A program made the position numbers and the translations under genes. A DNA stretch of 64,000 bases from positions 24,828 through 88,827 of IMG/VR virus record IMGVR_UViG_3300002026_000008; one strand, given 5' to 3'. Of the stretch, positions 40,330-50,142 are shown in pieces. Position 1 is the stretch's first letter, and every line of letters begins with the position of its first letter. Below the pieces are notes generated by a model. That model did no database searches and was not told the DNA's origin. It saw only the letters and a program-made list of their open reading frames with translations. The stretch is from a virus (taxonomy: Duplodnaviria; Caudoviricetes).

Positions 40330-41209
40330 TATTGTCCAATTCATTGATATGATTGATAATTTCAGTTGCAGTAAATGTTCTTTTAGGTTTTCCCAACTTA
40401 TCAAGCTGTTTCTTCACCTCGGTAATATTAAACAATTCTTTACGAATTTTTTCTAATTCAGCAGTATTGTTATAAGATCGAGTTGGAAATCTGGTTTCAA
40501 ACGCAGAAGCATAAATCATATTTTCTGCCATGTATTTAAGAATAAAAAGGAAACCGAATTCACCATTACTAGAATCATAGCATTTACCATACCACGTAAG
40601 CTCATGATATTTTGCTAAAATATCACTCATTCTTTTAATGTTAAGCATAAAAACCGATTGATCATGGTATCCTTCACCTTCAACATTAAATTCTATACCA
40701 TAACATTTGCAATTTTCATCTAAAATAACACCTAAATATGGGTTAATTTCTTTTGCTACCGGTAACACCATAGCTACAGGATCATACTGAGTTAATTCTT
40801 TAATGATTCCGTCATTATGGAATACAGCATCACCCCATGTAACAATAACGTTTTTATTAGATTTTGATTCTGACAATGACCGTCTTTTCAAACTGTCTAA
40901 TGATTCCATTACGGCATGACCAGAACCTAACCCTGTTGTAATGGGGTGAATAACGATTTTATCGAGATTCTCTGCAATACTAATTGCTTGATCATCTGGA
41001 TATTGATCAAACATTCTAGCAAGCGCATTTGCAAAAAGATCTTCATGTTTTTGATTAATTGTTATGATAATACGATCAAAATGATGACCTATTGTCATCA
41101 CTGTATTGAAAATGTTTGGAACACCATTGACCTCCGCCAATGGTTTGATTGTTCCATTTTCATCCGTGAAACGGCTGCCATTACCTGCTGCAACGATTAT
41201 TAAGTCCAT
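40319..41209 (-). CDS. GT-A nucleotidyltransferase (NTP_transferase; GlmU-N/LicC-like)
   Basis: AAGGAG then MDLIIVAAGNGSRF...KPLAEVNG; GLGSGHAV; VTWGD. Confidence 0.88.
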   Translation of the reverse strand: MDLIIVAAGNGSRFTDENGTIKPLAEVNGVPNIFNTVMTIGHHFDRIIITINQKHEDLFANALARMFDQYPDDQAISIAENLDKIVIHPITTGLGSGHAVMESLDSLKRRSLSESKSNKNVIVTWGDAVFHNDGIIKELTQYDPVAMVLPVAKEINPYLGVILDENCKCYGIEFNVEGEGYHDQSVFMLNIKRMSDILAKYHELTWYGKCYDSSNGEFGFLFILKYMAENMIYASAFETRFPTRSYNNTAELEKIRKELFNITEVKKQLDKLGKPKRTFTATEIINHINELDNNGI

Positions 41210-41219
41210 TGCAAACTCC

Positions 41220-43082
41220 TTAAAAAGTAATACTTGCAATAGCTAAACCATTAATTGTCGTTTCCAACAATGTCGCCAAGTAAATCAGTGTATCCCGTGG
41301 ATTATTTACAGGTAAAAACTTCAAACGATTATCAAATTTTTCTGCAATTTCCATAATGCATTTATCATTACCTTCAAATCCTTCATCACCGATATAAATG
41401 ACTTTGACAGGCAGTGTAGCAGAAATATTATTGAAATCTGAATCACAGTAATTTAAATGCTTATTTACGGCAAAAGTTTTATTACCGAATTTGCTGATTT
41501 CAATGGTTGTTTTACCGGCTGGCATAATCATTCCATCAAAACCATTTTCAACACACATAATTTGAAGTAGTTGAGTAATAGCTTCACGATATTCAGGAAT
41601 AATCGGTTTAATAGCAATGGAAGCATTAGCCTTATTTGTGACCTTAGACATATCTATTCCACAGTCTGCGATAATAGTCTTGACCAATTCAACTTCTTCA
41701 TTACTAAGCAATTGATCGTCTGCAACACTACCCTTCTTTACAAATCGCAATGATGGTTCGTAATTATCAGATAGTTTACGTGATGCAACATATTCATTTA
41801 GACCGCAGTCTGCATACACCGTTAGATTGTCAGCAAAGGGTTCAATTGAACGAATACTATTTCCGGTGATAATAGTCAAAAATGATCTAAACTTTAAACT
41901 TGCGCGAACAAGTAAACGCTTATTCATTTCTGATTCTTTTGCATATGTGTTGTTGCGACCTACTATAGTGTCATCATAATCTAACATTAGACCGTGAATG
42001 TTGTCAATATACTCTGAGAAATAATCTTTCATAATTGTAGAAATTAGAGATACACCGCGATGTGAACGCTCACGCTTTTCTGACAATTCAACGTTTATGT
42101 ATTTTTCAAATGTGACATCTCTTTCAATTTCACACATTAATGTAGCAGCATTGGTGTTAAATATTGTGGTGATTGACTGCATAGGTAACCAGCGATTGAG
42201 AAGATTCTGAATATCACTTGCACTATATCCAACGGTATCAAGATCATTCTCATTATTCATAATTAGATACTTAGATGCTTTTGATAACCTTAGTGCATCT
42301 TTAACACCTAGCATCATATATGTTGGAATAAGTGATGTCCACTGTGTACCTGCCGAAAAGATAACAACCTCGGCTCCCATAATTGCATTATGAGTGTCTG
42401 CATTTATTCCAGGTGGAGTAATCTTTTTACCGTGTGGGTCTGTAAAATACAGATCGGTTATGCGATCATCTCGATTATCCCATTCATCAATATCAACCTC
42501 ATCTGATAACACTACACCGGATGATGTCACTGCATTGATATATGCTGGCGTATCAGAAGCAATCAAAACGGAATCTTCAGAAATACCAAGATGCTTAGCC
42601 ATAATCTTGCCAGCAGCACTCAACGAATTACCATTAAGCCCGGCGATACCAGCATAAATCAGATTTGATATTGAGAAATCATCATAAGTGATAACACGTG
42701 ACATTGGTTGCGCAAAGAAATTCTCTGCTGCATCTTCAAATAATTTTACAGTACCAGGAGCAATTTCATCCTTATAATTATCTAAAAACTCAGCAAATAC
42801 TTTTTCAGCTTGATGATTATCTGCATCAAAACGGACATTCAGGAAATCATAAAGTTTTGTACTTTTTGGGTTAGTAAATTTGTGCTTAAGCATCTGATTT
42901 TTTCTCAAATCAGACGGCCCTAGCAATTGACCTTGATAGATTTGACGACACTGTCCTGTGCTTAGACCATTGTCCATAGCACAGATAACAACAGTAGTAT
43001 CTACTGTATCACCATATACTGCATTAATACCATTTTGGAGATTAACACTACCACGACCACCTGCAAAGATTACTAGTTTCAT
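41220..43082 (-). CDS. YvcK/GlmR/CofD-family domain fused to HAD-IIB (phosphomannomutase/phosphatase-like) domain
   Basis: N: KLVIFAGGRGS, DNGLSTG, GPSDLRK, IFSAGTQWTSLIP. C: LDYDDT (DxD), ITGNS, IYIGDEGFEGND. Confidence 0.8.
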   Translation of the reverse strand: MKLVIFAGGRGSVNLQNGINAVYGDTVDTTVVICAMDNGLSTGQCRQIYQGQLLGPSDLRKNQMLKHKFTNPKSTKLYDFLNVRFDADNHQAEKVFAEFLDNYKDEIAPGTVKLFEDAAENFFAQPMSRVITYDDFSISNLIYAGIAGLNGNSLSAAGKIMAKHLGISEDSVLIASDTPAYINAVTSSGVVLSDEVDIDEWDNRDDRITDLYFTDPHGKKITPPGINADTHNAIMGAEVVIFSAGTQWTSLIPTYMMLGVKDALRLSKASKYLIMNNENDLDTVGYSASDIQNLLNRWLPMQSITTIFNTNAATLMCEIERDVTFEKYINVELSEKRERSHRGVSLISTIMKDYFSEYIDNIHGLMLDYDDTIVGRNNTYAKESEMNKRLLVRASLKFRSFLTIITGNSIRSIEPFADNLTVYADCGLNEYVASRKLSDNYEPSLRFVKKGSVADDQLLSNEEVELVKTIIADCGIDMSKVTNKANASIAIKPIIPEYREAITQLLQIMCVENGFDGMIMPAGKTTIEISKFGNKTFAVNKHLNYCDSDFNNISATLPVKVIYIGDEGFEGNDKCIMEIAEKFDNRLKFLPVNNPRDTLIYLATLLETTINGLAIASITF

Positions 43083-43112
43083 TTGATTTCCTTTGTGAAT
43101 AACGGGGTAATG

Positions 43113-44264
43113 TTATTTATGGTCAGCAGAAAGTGTGATTACCGACACTATCGTTTCTACCAACATTTCGCAGTACATTTGTTTATCCCAGTCCAAAACA
43201 TTATAGCTACTATCGACAATTTCTTTACGTGCAACATTGTCATCTCTAACTGCACGAATACGATCAGCAACCTCTTGTCTGTTATTCACATAGAGAAAAT
43301 CTGCGAGTTCTTTATCCTTGCCATACATGCGCAATTTTGGATCCAATTCACTATCGATAAATGTCACACATCCGGCTAGAATAGATTCGTAACTACGTTG
43401 TGACATAATATCAAAAATGGGGTAATGCTCATCACCAATAACAACATGAGAAACCGCTTCTGCCATTTTATCAATCATTTTGTTATACGCTACTGCTGGA
43501 CTAAACACAGGAGGACGTAGTGAAGAAATCTTTTTAGGATTAAATTTTTCTTCTTCAATTTTACCAAACACTTCTACTTTGATATCTTCATCATGACCAA
43601 AATAGTAGTCAACCAATTTCTTTTCACGTTTACCACCACGCATAGTACCACCATATGAGAGGTCCCAAACAGGTTCGGTTAGTGCAAATGGTCTACGCTG
43701 CTTTAAAAGTGGAAAACGGTCAAATGGGTAATTGACAACTGTTCTTACCTTAACGGTATTTTTACCTTCATTCTGCACACTGAGAATTTTTGCAACATTG
43801 TAAGATTGACAGATCACATCAATATCAGTACGTGTGATATTGTACTTCGTGATATCCCACTTGGCACCCCAGTCTTTTCGTTCAACACTACCAGCAATCT
43901 GAGATAAACATAGAGCTGGATCACAGTACATGTAGATGACAGGACCAGGAAATGTTTGAATCATTTGGTAATTTAACATACCTACTGGGTCTTCTGCACC
44001 ACCGAAAAAGTTTTGATTACCATTAATGATAAGCAAAACATCGTTTACACTCATATTATCATGGTCATCTTCGATATTGTGAAATGTTAGGTATGCAGGT
44101 TGAACGTCCTTCTTTAAAACTTTTGTATAGACATGAACATCAGCACCACCTTGAGCTAATACATCACAAAGACTTCGTGCTTCACCTGCACCACCACTGG
44201 TGTCATTCGCATTGTATGCAATACGTGCACCAATTTTAATTACTGCAACTCTCAAGTTAGACAT
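43113..44264 (-). CDS. T4 DNA beta-glucosyltransferase-like glycosyltransferase
   Basis: Collinear with remembered T4 Bgt: LLIINGNQNFFGG vs LIVVNSSINFFGG; DLSYGGTMRGGKREKKL vs DVIYGGSFRSGQRESKM; LYVNNRQEVADRI vs FYVNNRAELIDRV. Confidence 0.88.
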   Translation of the reverse strand: MSNLRVAVIKIGARIAYNANDTSGGAGEARSLCDVLAQGGADVHVYTKVLKKDVQPAYLTFHNIEDDHDNMSVNDVLLIINGNQNFFGGAEDPVGMLNYQMIQTFPGPVIYMYCDPALCLSQIAGSVERKDWGAKWDITKYNITRTDIDVICQSYNVAKILSVQNEGKNTVKVRTVVNYPFDRFPLLKQRRPFALTEPVWDLSYGGTMRGGKREKKLVDYYFGHDEDIKVEVFGKIEEEKFNPKKISSLRPPVFSPAVAYNKMIDKMAEAVSHVVIGDEHYPIFDIMSQRSYESILAGCVTFIDSELDPKLRMYGKDKELADFLYVNNRQEVADRIRAVRDDNVARKEIVDSSYNVLDWDKQMYCEMLVETIVSVITLSADHK

Positions 44265-44341
44265 TGAAACTCCTAATCATTTCACTTTTTTCGAAAAAAG
44301 ATCGCCAAACTGCACCAAAGTGCCGGTATTACGGGATGATA

Positions 44342-44584
44342 TTAACTAGCTACACGATTTAAAACTTGATCTATATCTTTACCATCTGTTATTTCATTGA
44401 GTATGGCAACAATATCTTCTTGCCTTTTTTCAGCATCTATTCTAGTTTGTGATTTTGGAATTGATGCATCACCTTGTCTTAGACATACTTCTTGAATGAT
44501 GTAATGCGTAATTTCACTCGTCAACATCTTATATTCTTTGAGTAAAACTGCAACTTCAACTCCATACCCTCTTTTTGATCTCAT
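44342..44584 (-). CDS. Hypothetical protein
   Basis: 80 aa ORF. Confidence 0.45.
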   Translation of the reverse strand: MRSKRGYGVEVAVLLKEYKMLTSEITHYIIQEVCLRQGDASIPKSQTRIDAEKRQEDIVAILNEITDGKDIDQVLNRVAS

Positions 44585-44646
44585 AGCAACTCACTAATAG
44601 ATATAAATTGCATTATAACACAATTACACAGCAAAGTATATCATAT

Positions 44647-45519
44647 TTACAAAACATTTACATTGCTGAACCAACCGTTATATGAGGCTTCTGCTTTTTT
44701 AGCATCCTCAAGATTTTTAAACCAAAACTTCCATGGTGTTGACGTTCTTGAAAAGACAGTTTCTATCTTATCATCATCTAACAGCAATAGATATAAACTG
44801 TTTGTCTTAACTGAGTTTGTGAATAGCATTGGTCCAATAATAGATAGCAATCTTGCTGCATCTTCTCTATTTGCTGGTACTTTTAGACTCAGTTCATAAA
44901 TGAATTTATTTTTTGATGTCGCTTTATTGACTTGCTGCGCTCTTGCTATCGCTAAATTACCATCAGGAACATCAGCATTAATTGCAGAGCCAGCAGCTGT
45001 CATTGCATTTTCACCAATTACAACTGGCGCAATAAGCATAGTACCTGATCCGATAAATGCACCATCTTTAATGGTTGTTAGATTTTTATTTTTACCATCA
45101 TAGTTGCAAGTAACGGTCCCACATCCAAAATTGACATTTTTGCCGATATTTGCATCACCTATATAGGTTAGATGCTTTGCGTGGGTACCATCACCGATAT
45201 AACTTTTCTTTATTTCAACAAAATTACCTATTACTACATTGTCACCAATTGTGACATCATCCCTGGTGCGTCCATACGGTCCAATTACACAATGATCACC
45301 AATTTTGGTATTAGATAGATACGAAAATGGTAGAATTTCTGTGTTATCACCAATTAGAACATTTTCGATTACACAGTACGGACCGATAGTGACATTATCA
45401 CCAAAATGATTATCTTCACCTTTAATGATACATCCTATTCCAACACTGAGATTTTTACCTGTGGTGTAACTACCCTGAATATGGAATTTCACAGGTCTAG
45501 CAAAAATATCAACGTTCAT
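44647..45519 (-). CDS. Stand-alone GlmU C-terminal (LbH acetyltransferase) domain plus ~90 aa unknown extension
   Basis: Hexapeptide repeats; GNFVEIKK, KHLTYIGDA, GCGTVTCNYDGKNK, FIGSGTMLIAPV, AAGS, LAIARAQQ; no N-terminal uridylyltransferase domain. Confidence 0.9.
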   Translation of the reverse strand: MNVDIFARPVKFHIQGSYTTGKNLSVGIGCIIKGEDNHFGDNVTIGPYCVIENVLIGDNTEILPFSYLSNTKIGDHCVIGPYGRTRDDVTIGDNVVIGNFVEIKKSYIGDGTHAKHLTYIGDANIGKNVNFGCGTVTCNYDGKNKNLTTIKDGAFIGSGTMLIAPVVIGENAMTAAGSAINADVPDGNLAIARAQQVNKATSKNKFIYELSLKVPANREDAARLLSIIGPMLFTNSVKTNSLYLLLLDDDKIETVFSRTSTPWKFWFKNLEDAKKAEASYNGWFSNVNVL

Positions 45520-45704
45520 TTTCTTTCCTTTAATACAGACACTTTTACGTCACGTGTTATCTCAAAATCCGCTTTATCTTTAAAAAGCCAGACCGTAAAA
45601 TCGCCAGGTTTGTATTGTTGTGTATTCGTGATTACTGGAATTTTGTAATCTTCACTGAGTTTCTTCAACTCTTGATACAACTCTTCACTTATTTCAGCTG
45701 TCAT
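45516..45704 (-). CDS. Small hypothetical protein
   Basis: 62 aa; IPVITNTQ. Confidence 0.45.
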   Translation of the reverse strand: MTAEISEELYQELKKLSEDYKIPVITNTQQYKPGDFTVWLFKDKADFEITRDVKVSVLKERK

Positions 45705-45706
45705 AA

Positions 45707-46117
45707 TTATTTCACAAATTCAACATGGTGCTTAATACCATCTTTATTGAACCAGAAAATATCATAACTGTCTAGTGATGACGGATAGCCTTCATACGTG
45801 ACATCATAACCACAGATTTGTGCAATTTGATCTAGCACATCTGTGTTTCCACAGGCAAGTATAATCGTTTCTTCAGAAAGAGTTTTTGATATTTCATCAT
45901 ATACCTCTGAAGACTTCCTATTGTATCCACTTGATTGCGCTTCACTGATAGCTCGTAGCAGTAATGTAAATGCTAGGGCTTCTTCTGCAATTGAAATGTC
46001 AAATTCTTCTTTCGCCCATGCATCAGCATCACCACTCATTTGTGATACAACAAACCTAAAAGTATTTGTTGGATTTTTTTCTTCAGGAACAGGATCACAT
46101 ACCACTAGTAAAGACAT
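45707..46117 (-). CDS. Hypothetical protein
   Basis: 136 aa ORF. Confidence 0.55.
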   Translation of the reverse strand: MSLLVVCDPVPEEKNPTNTFRFVVSQMSGDADAWAKEEFDISIAEEALAFTLLLRAISEAQSSGYNRKSSEVYDEISKTLSEETIILACGNTDVLDQIAQICGYDVTYEGYPSSLDSYDIFWFNKDGIKHHVEFVK

Positions 46118-46128
46118 ATCTCTCTCCG

Positions 46129-47085
46129 TTAAAAGTCAAGCAGATTTTTCTTTTCAGACACAACTTTGTCGCCAGTGCGAAGATCAACATAATACTTAGC
46201 GAACTTTTCCTTGAACTTTTCGCGAAGCTTAGGTTTGATTTCATCAGGACGTTTTGCTACAATGGTATAGCACATTGAGATCATTGGGTTGACAAGAGCC
46301 ATAACAGCAGAAGCAAAGCCAGAAGATACTGAGCGCATTTCTTCATAAAACGCCATTTGTGTATCATCAAATCGTGGCTTGAGGTACCGTGCTTTACCCA
46401 ACCAGCCTTTAATATCGATAGGCGCAAAACCTGCATCATCGAGTTCTTTCATCATTTCATAATGAGCAAACTCATAGACATGGCTACCTTCCCAGATGAA
46501 TTCTTCACCTTCGTGCTTCTTCGGGTTTGGAGAAGATACAACGATTGTTCCACCAGGAGCAAGACATTTTTGAGCATCAGCAAGAAGTTGCTGAACAACC
46601 GGAATACCTACGTGCTCAAGAACTTCTTGCATAATGATCAAATCAAATTCTTGATTGAGTTCGGTAATCGGCCGCCTCATTGCATCCCAATGGTGAACAG
46701 TACACTTACTAACACCTTTTTGAACAGCATAAAGCTCTTGTGCTTCCTTGACAATGTTTTCTTGTACTTCAAGACCAACATAATCAACACGTGGACGACC
46801 AGGATTTGCAAAGCTTGTCATCCAGAACGTATAAAAGGTTGCACGACTGCAACCTACATCCAAAATACGAACTGGCTTTTCAATATCAGTGCGCAAATCT
46901 GTAACAACCTGTGCAACTACTGCATAACGAAGAAGAGCAGCAAGGTCCCAACCGCTAAACCAACTGAACTTGCCTAGTGCTTCTTTTGTGAACAAATTCA
47001 GAGAACTGTCATCGTGAGTGAAAGTGTAATCGTCTGCATCAATTTGTTCTTGGCAGGCATGTACTCGTTGGGTATTATCAGTCAT
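46129..47085 (-). CDS. Class I SAM-dependent methyltransferase (small-molecule/sugar type)
   Basis: RILDVGC, YVGLEV, FDLIIMQEVLEHV, LAPGGTIVVSSPN, HVYEF; no NPPY/DPPY or PCQ DNA-MTase motif. Confidence 0.88.
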   Translation of the reverse strand: MTDNTQRVHACQEQIDADDYTFTHDDSSLNLFTKEALGKFSWFSGWDLAALLRYAVVAQVVTDLRTDIEKPVRILDVGCSRATFYTFWMTSFANPGRPRVDYVGLEVQENIVKEAQELYAVQKGVSKCTVHHWDAMRRPITELNQEFDLIIMQEVLEHVGIPVVQQLLADAQKCLAPGGTIVVSSPNPKKHEGEEFIWEGSHVYEFAHYEMMKELDDAGFAPIDIKGWLGKARYLKPRFDDTQMAFYEEMRSVSSGFASAVMALVNPMISMCYTIVAKRPDEIKPKLREKFKEKFAKYYVDLRTGDKVVSEKKNLLDF

Positions 47086-47291
47086 CTCGGTTCCTTTATA
47101 GTGAATGCTTCGTCAAGTGCAGCTTTTATTTCGGTGAATGTATCTAATGTGTAATCTGCGAGTATGCTAATACCATACTCAGTATTAATACGGGCTTTAA
47201 AATCATCTGCTTTACGTAATCCTTCTTCTATACCTGCACGATACAATGCACGTAAATATTCATCTTGAGTTACTTCGATTTGCTCAGACAT
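47082..47291 (-). CDS. Small hypothetical protein
   Basis: 69 aa coupled ORF. Confidence 0.5.
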   Translation of the reverse strand: MSEQIEVTQDEYLRALYRAGIEEGLRKADDFKARINTEYGISILADYTLDTFTEIKAALDEAFTIKEPR

Positions 47292-47830
47292 TATGATGTT
47301 GCCTCTTCATAGATACGGTCATAATGCTTGTAGCAATTATTCACCTGATCATATACATCAATAATTCTTTTATCAGGAAATGCAGATCGTGCATAGGCTT
47401 CAATAAATCGATCTTGTTCTTCTTCTTTTCGATTAAAATCAAAACTTAATCCATCATCCTTCAAAATACTGAAATTAGAGGTTGTCAATAGAATCAATCT
47501 AGTATCTGACATTTCTCTTGCAGAATATTCACACTCTAATTCGAAAATATACTCACCTGAATAGTCCCGATAAAGTGGTGCGTAGACAAATTCGCCCAAA
47601 TGAAAACGGTTAAAGATAGTACGTGCACTAGAGTTAAGAATATCAAACCCAGTACCAAATGAACTACGTTGATATTCATAAAGAGAACCATCATATTGAG
47701 CTAATGGTATCGGTTTTGAATAATGAACTACTTGATAGAAGCCATTATAGTTTTGAATATTGCTAATAAGGGAATCTTTTCCAAGTCTATCTATCCCTTC
47801 AAAAATCCAATGTTTAATTTCTTGCGTCAT
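47291..47830 (-). CDS. dNMP (thymidylate-like) kinase
   Basis: WIFEGIDRLGKDSLI P-loop; FNRFHLGEFVYAPLYR. Confidence 0.85.
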   Translation of the reverse strand: MTQEIKHWIFEGIDRLGKDSLISNIQNYNGFYQVVHYSKPIPLAQYDGSLYEYQRSSFGTGFDILNSSARTIFNRFHLGEFVYAPLYRDYSGEYIFELECEYSAREMSDTRLILLTTSNFSILKDDGLSFDFNRKEEEQDRFIEAYARSAFPDKRIIDVYDQVNNCYKHYDRIYEEATS

Positions 47831-47862
47831 TCGAGTATAGCTTTCTAATAGTTGATAGATAG

Positions 47863-47892
47863 ATTATAACACGTTTTCAACTGAATGTAAAC
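47863..47892 (-). promoter_or_regulatory. Early promoter driving the kinase-MTase-GlmU-like block
   Basis: GTTTACA-17 nt-TATAAT. Confidence 0.75.
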
Positions 47893-47894
47893 AG

Positions 47895-48377
47895 TTAAAT
47901 TGAGTAATATTTGATTGGCTCCAATACACTACCAAACCCGCGATTTGCAACCATATAAGGGTAAAAAATCTCTTTCACTCTATCACAGTACCAGAAAATA
48001 AAGAAATCTGCAGGTTTCGTTGGATAACAGGTATTACGAATATGTCTATCAAATGCTAATCTTGCTTGCTCAATTGACGGTTCTTTTAATACCTTTACCT
48101 CAATTGTTCCTTCAAGTTTGATATCATCAACAATGCGGCATCCCGTCAAGTCGTGAAACATATCATTATGCTGAATTAGTCTGGTGAAATGTTTAGTTAA
48201 GATTTCACCCACCTTACCAAATAGATAATCTTCAGCTTTTTTCTGTGGTGATCTTGCCGGTAATTCTGGGTCATCCGCGTAAAATTTACCAGTGGCTATA
48301 AACTCATCTATCTTTATAATTTCATCAGGATAAAGTGTTTCAATTGCTTGTAGTGTTAGTGCCTGTAATTTCAACAT
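47895..48377 (-). CDS. Putative PD-(D/E)xK nuclease
   Basis: GKVGE...HDL...IEVK...ADFFIF pattern. Confidence 0.45.
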   Translation of the reverse strand: MLKLQALTLQAIETLYPDEIIKIDEFIATGKFYADDPELPARSPQKKAEDYLFGKVGEILTKHFTRLIQHNDMFHDLTGCRIVDDIKLEGTIEVKVLKEPSIEQARLAFDRHIRNTCYPTKPADFFIFWYCDRVKEIFYPYMVANRGFGSVLEPIKYYSI

Positions 48378-48386
48378 AATGTCCCT

Positions 48387-50090
48387 TTACATATTCTGAA
48401 AATTGATACTGAATTCATTCTTCCAAATATTCTCAGTTGACATAAACAACCTTTTTGCATTTGTGTCGAGAATATAAGTAACGGCATGATCTGATTTACT
48501 TCTAACTGCTCTACCTGCACCCTGCACGAGTTTGTGAATCGTAATCAAGCTGAAGATATCAGGGTACTTATCCAAAATTCGTTTAATACGCTTATCACCT
48601 AATGATGGAAATGGTGCTTTCACCATAATATTCCAACGTGCTTGGTCATCTTTAAGATCGATACCTTCATAAATGCTAGGTGAAATAAGAACAGATGGAA
48701 CTGTAGTCTGTTTAAATTTCTCTAATATTTCTACTAATTTCTCGCCACGCTTATGCTCATAAACTTTCAAAGACTTGACCGTTTTTCTTAAACTTTCAGC
48801 AATCTGTTCAACTAATGCAAAACTTGGTGCAAGAATAATACCATTTTCTGTATTGTGTTTATTAGCAATTGACTTCACATTCTCCAATAATTTCTTTGTT
48901 GTAGCTGGGTCCTTCATTGTTGCTGCACTGAGATGAATAGGATTAAAGAAGATGACCTTCTTATTCTCAGGAGCAAATACCGGTGCTAATTTGATAAATT
49001 TGACTTTCGATTTATCAAGATCGAGAGTCTTTATCAAATATGCATCATCAACTGTTGCACTCATAAACAGATTGAAGTTACTATTACGCAACTTATCAAA
49101 CATATCAAATGCAAAAATAGGTTTAATAGTCAAATCCTTTTGCTCAGTGTTGTAATCAACAATATGGTCGTAACCATAGATAATGAAGTCGTCGATCTTA
49201 CAACCTAAACCCTTATACTTTCTAGCGAGACCTACCATTTTGCGATATTGACCAATAGAGCGCATTTTCAAAGCATATGCCGCTTCGTGCTCAAATGCTG
49301 TGCCAATATCCTCATAAGCTGTAAGCAATTCCTGCAGATATGTACTGTATGTCCGCTCATTAAGTTTACCATTCTTGAGATGTTCACTGACCTTCTTAAA
49401 AAGATGGAAGTGAGCAGCATTACCCATACGTAAAGAATCTGCAACTTCGGTGGCATATGATAGCATCTTCTTTTCAGACATATGAATTGCGCAATGATCT
49501 ACGAATAGATCATTTAATGTGTGGGCTTCATCATAAACTGATAAAAGTCTAGGCTCAAAATGTTGACTATAAAGACGTTCTACGAAATGGTAAGAATAAT
49601 TGGTGATAACGTGCTTAGTGCTATTCATCGCATTGCGCGATTTTTTGAATACACACCTGTGACACTTGCTCATTAAATCAGATAACTCAGGATTATCTTT
49701 CAGTGCTTGAAAGGCACAAGCTTCCGCTGTTGCTTCAAACACTTCACACTCGTAGTTGTTAGCACCTTTTAGAAGCAGAATATCTGGATGACCATCAAAG
49801 GTGTCCCAATATTGATGCACCAAAGCATTAGTACCCATAAAAATCTGAGAGGTATTAGAAGGTATTGGTCTAATATTAGGAAGATAACTACCAACTAATT
49901 CACGTAATGCCTCAGCTACCACGGCTGCAATAATTGACTTACCTGATCCTGTAGGTGCGCACAAAATAGTGTCTCTTATCTCATCTACGATAAATGCTTG
50001 CAATATTTCATCTATTGAGTCTGGTTGATTATCACGCGGCTTGAACTTTAATCTATCATACGCCGCAAGAATTTCTTTTTCAAACACCAT
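48387..50090 (-). CDS. DinG/Rad3-family SF2 helicase
   Basis: CAPTGSGKS, VYDEAH, LFMSAT, EGIDLK, KAPFPSL, QGAGRAVRS, YILD; four Cys in the Fe-S region. Confidence 0.9.
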   Translation of the reverse strand: MVFEKEILAAYDRLKFKPRDNQPDSIDEILQAFIVDEIRDTILCAPTGSGKSIIAAVVAEALRELVGSYLPNIRPIPSNTSQIFMGTNALVHQYWDTFDGHPDILLLKGANNYECEVFEATAEACAFQALKDNPELSDLMSKCHRCVFKKSRNAMNSTKHVITNYSYHFVERLYSQHFEPRLLSVYDEAHTLNDLFVDHCAIHMSEKKMLSYATEVADSLRMGNAAHFHLFKKVSEHLKNGKLNERTYSTYLQELLTAYEDIGTAFEHEAAYALKMRSIGQYRKMVGLARKYKGLGCKIDDFIIYGYDHIVDYNTEQKDLTIKPIFAFDMFDKLRNSNFNLFMSATVDDAYLIKTLDLDKSKVKFIKLAPVFAPENKKVIFFNPIHLSAATMKDPATTKKLLENVKSIANKHNTENGIILAPSFALVEQIAESLRKTVKSLKVYEHKRGEKLVEILEKFKQTTVPSVLISPSIYEGIDLKDDQARWNIMVKAPFPSLGDKRIKRILDKYPDIFSLITIHKLVQGAGRAVRSKSDHAVTYILDTNAKRLFMSTENIWKNEFSINFQNM

Positions 50091-50142
50091 TGTGAGCCTT
50101 TTTCATAAATATTGTTATTAACATCTTTTGATACTGAAGACT

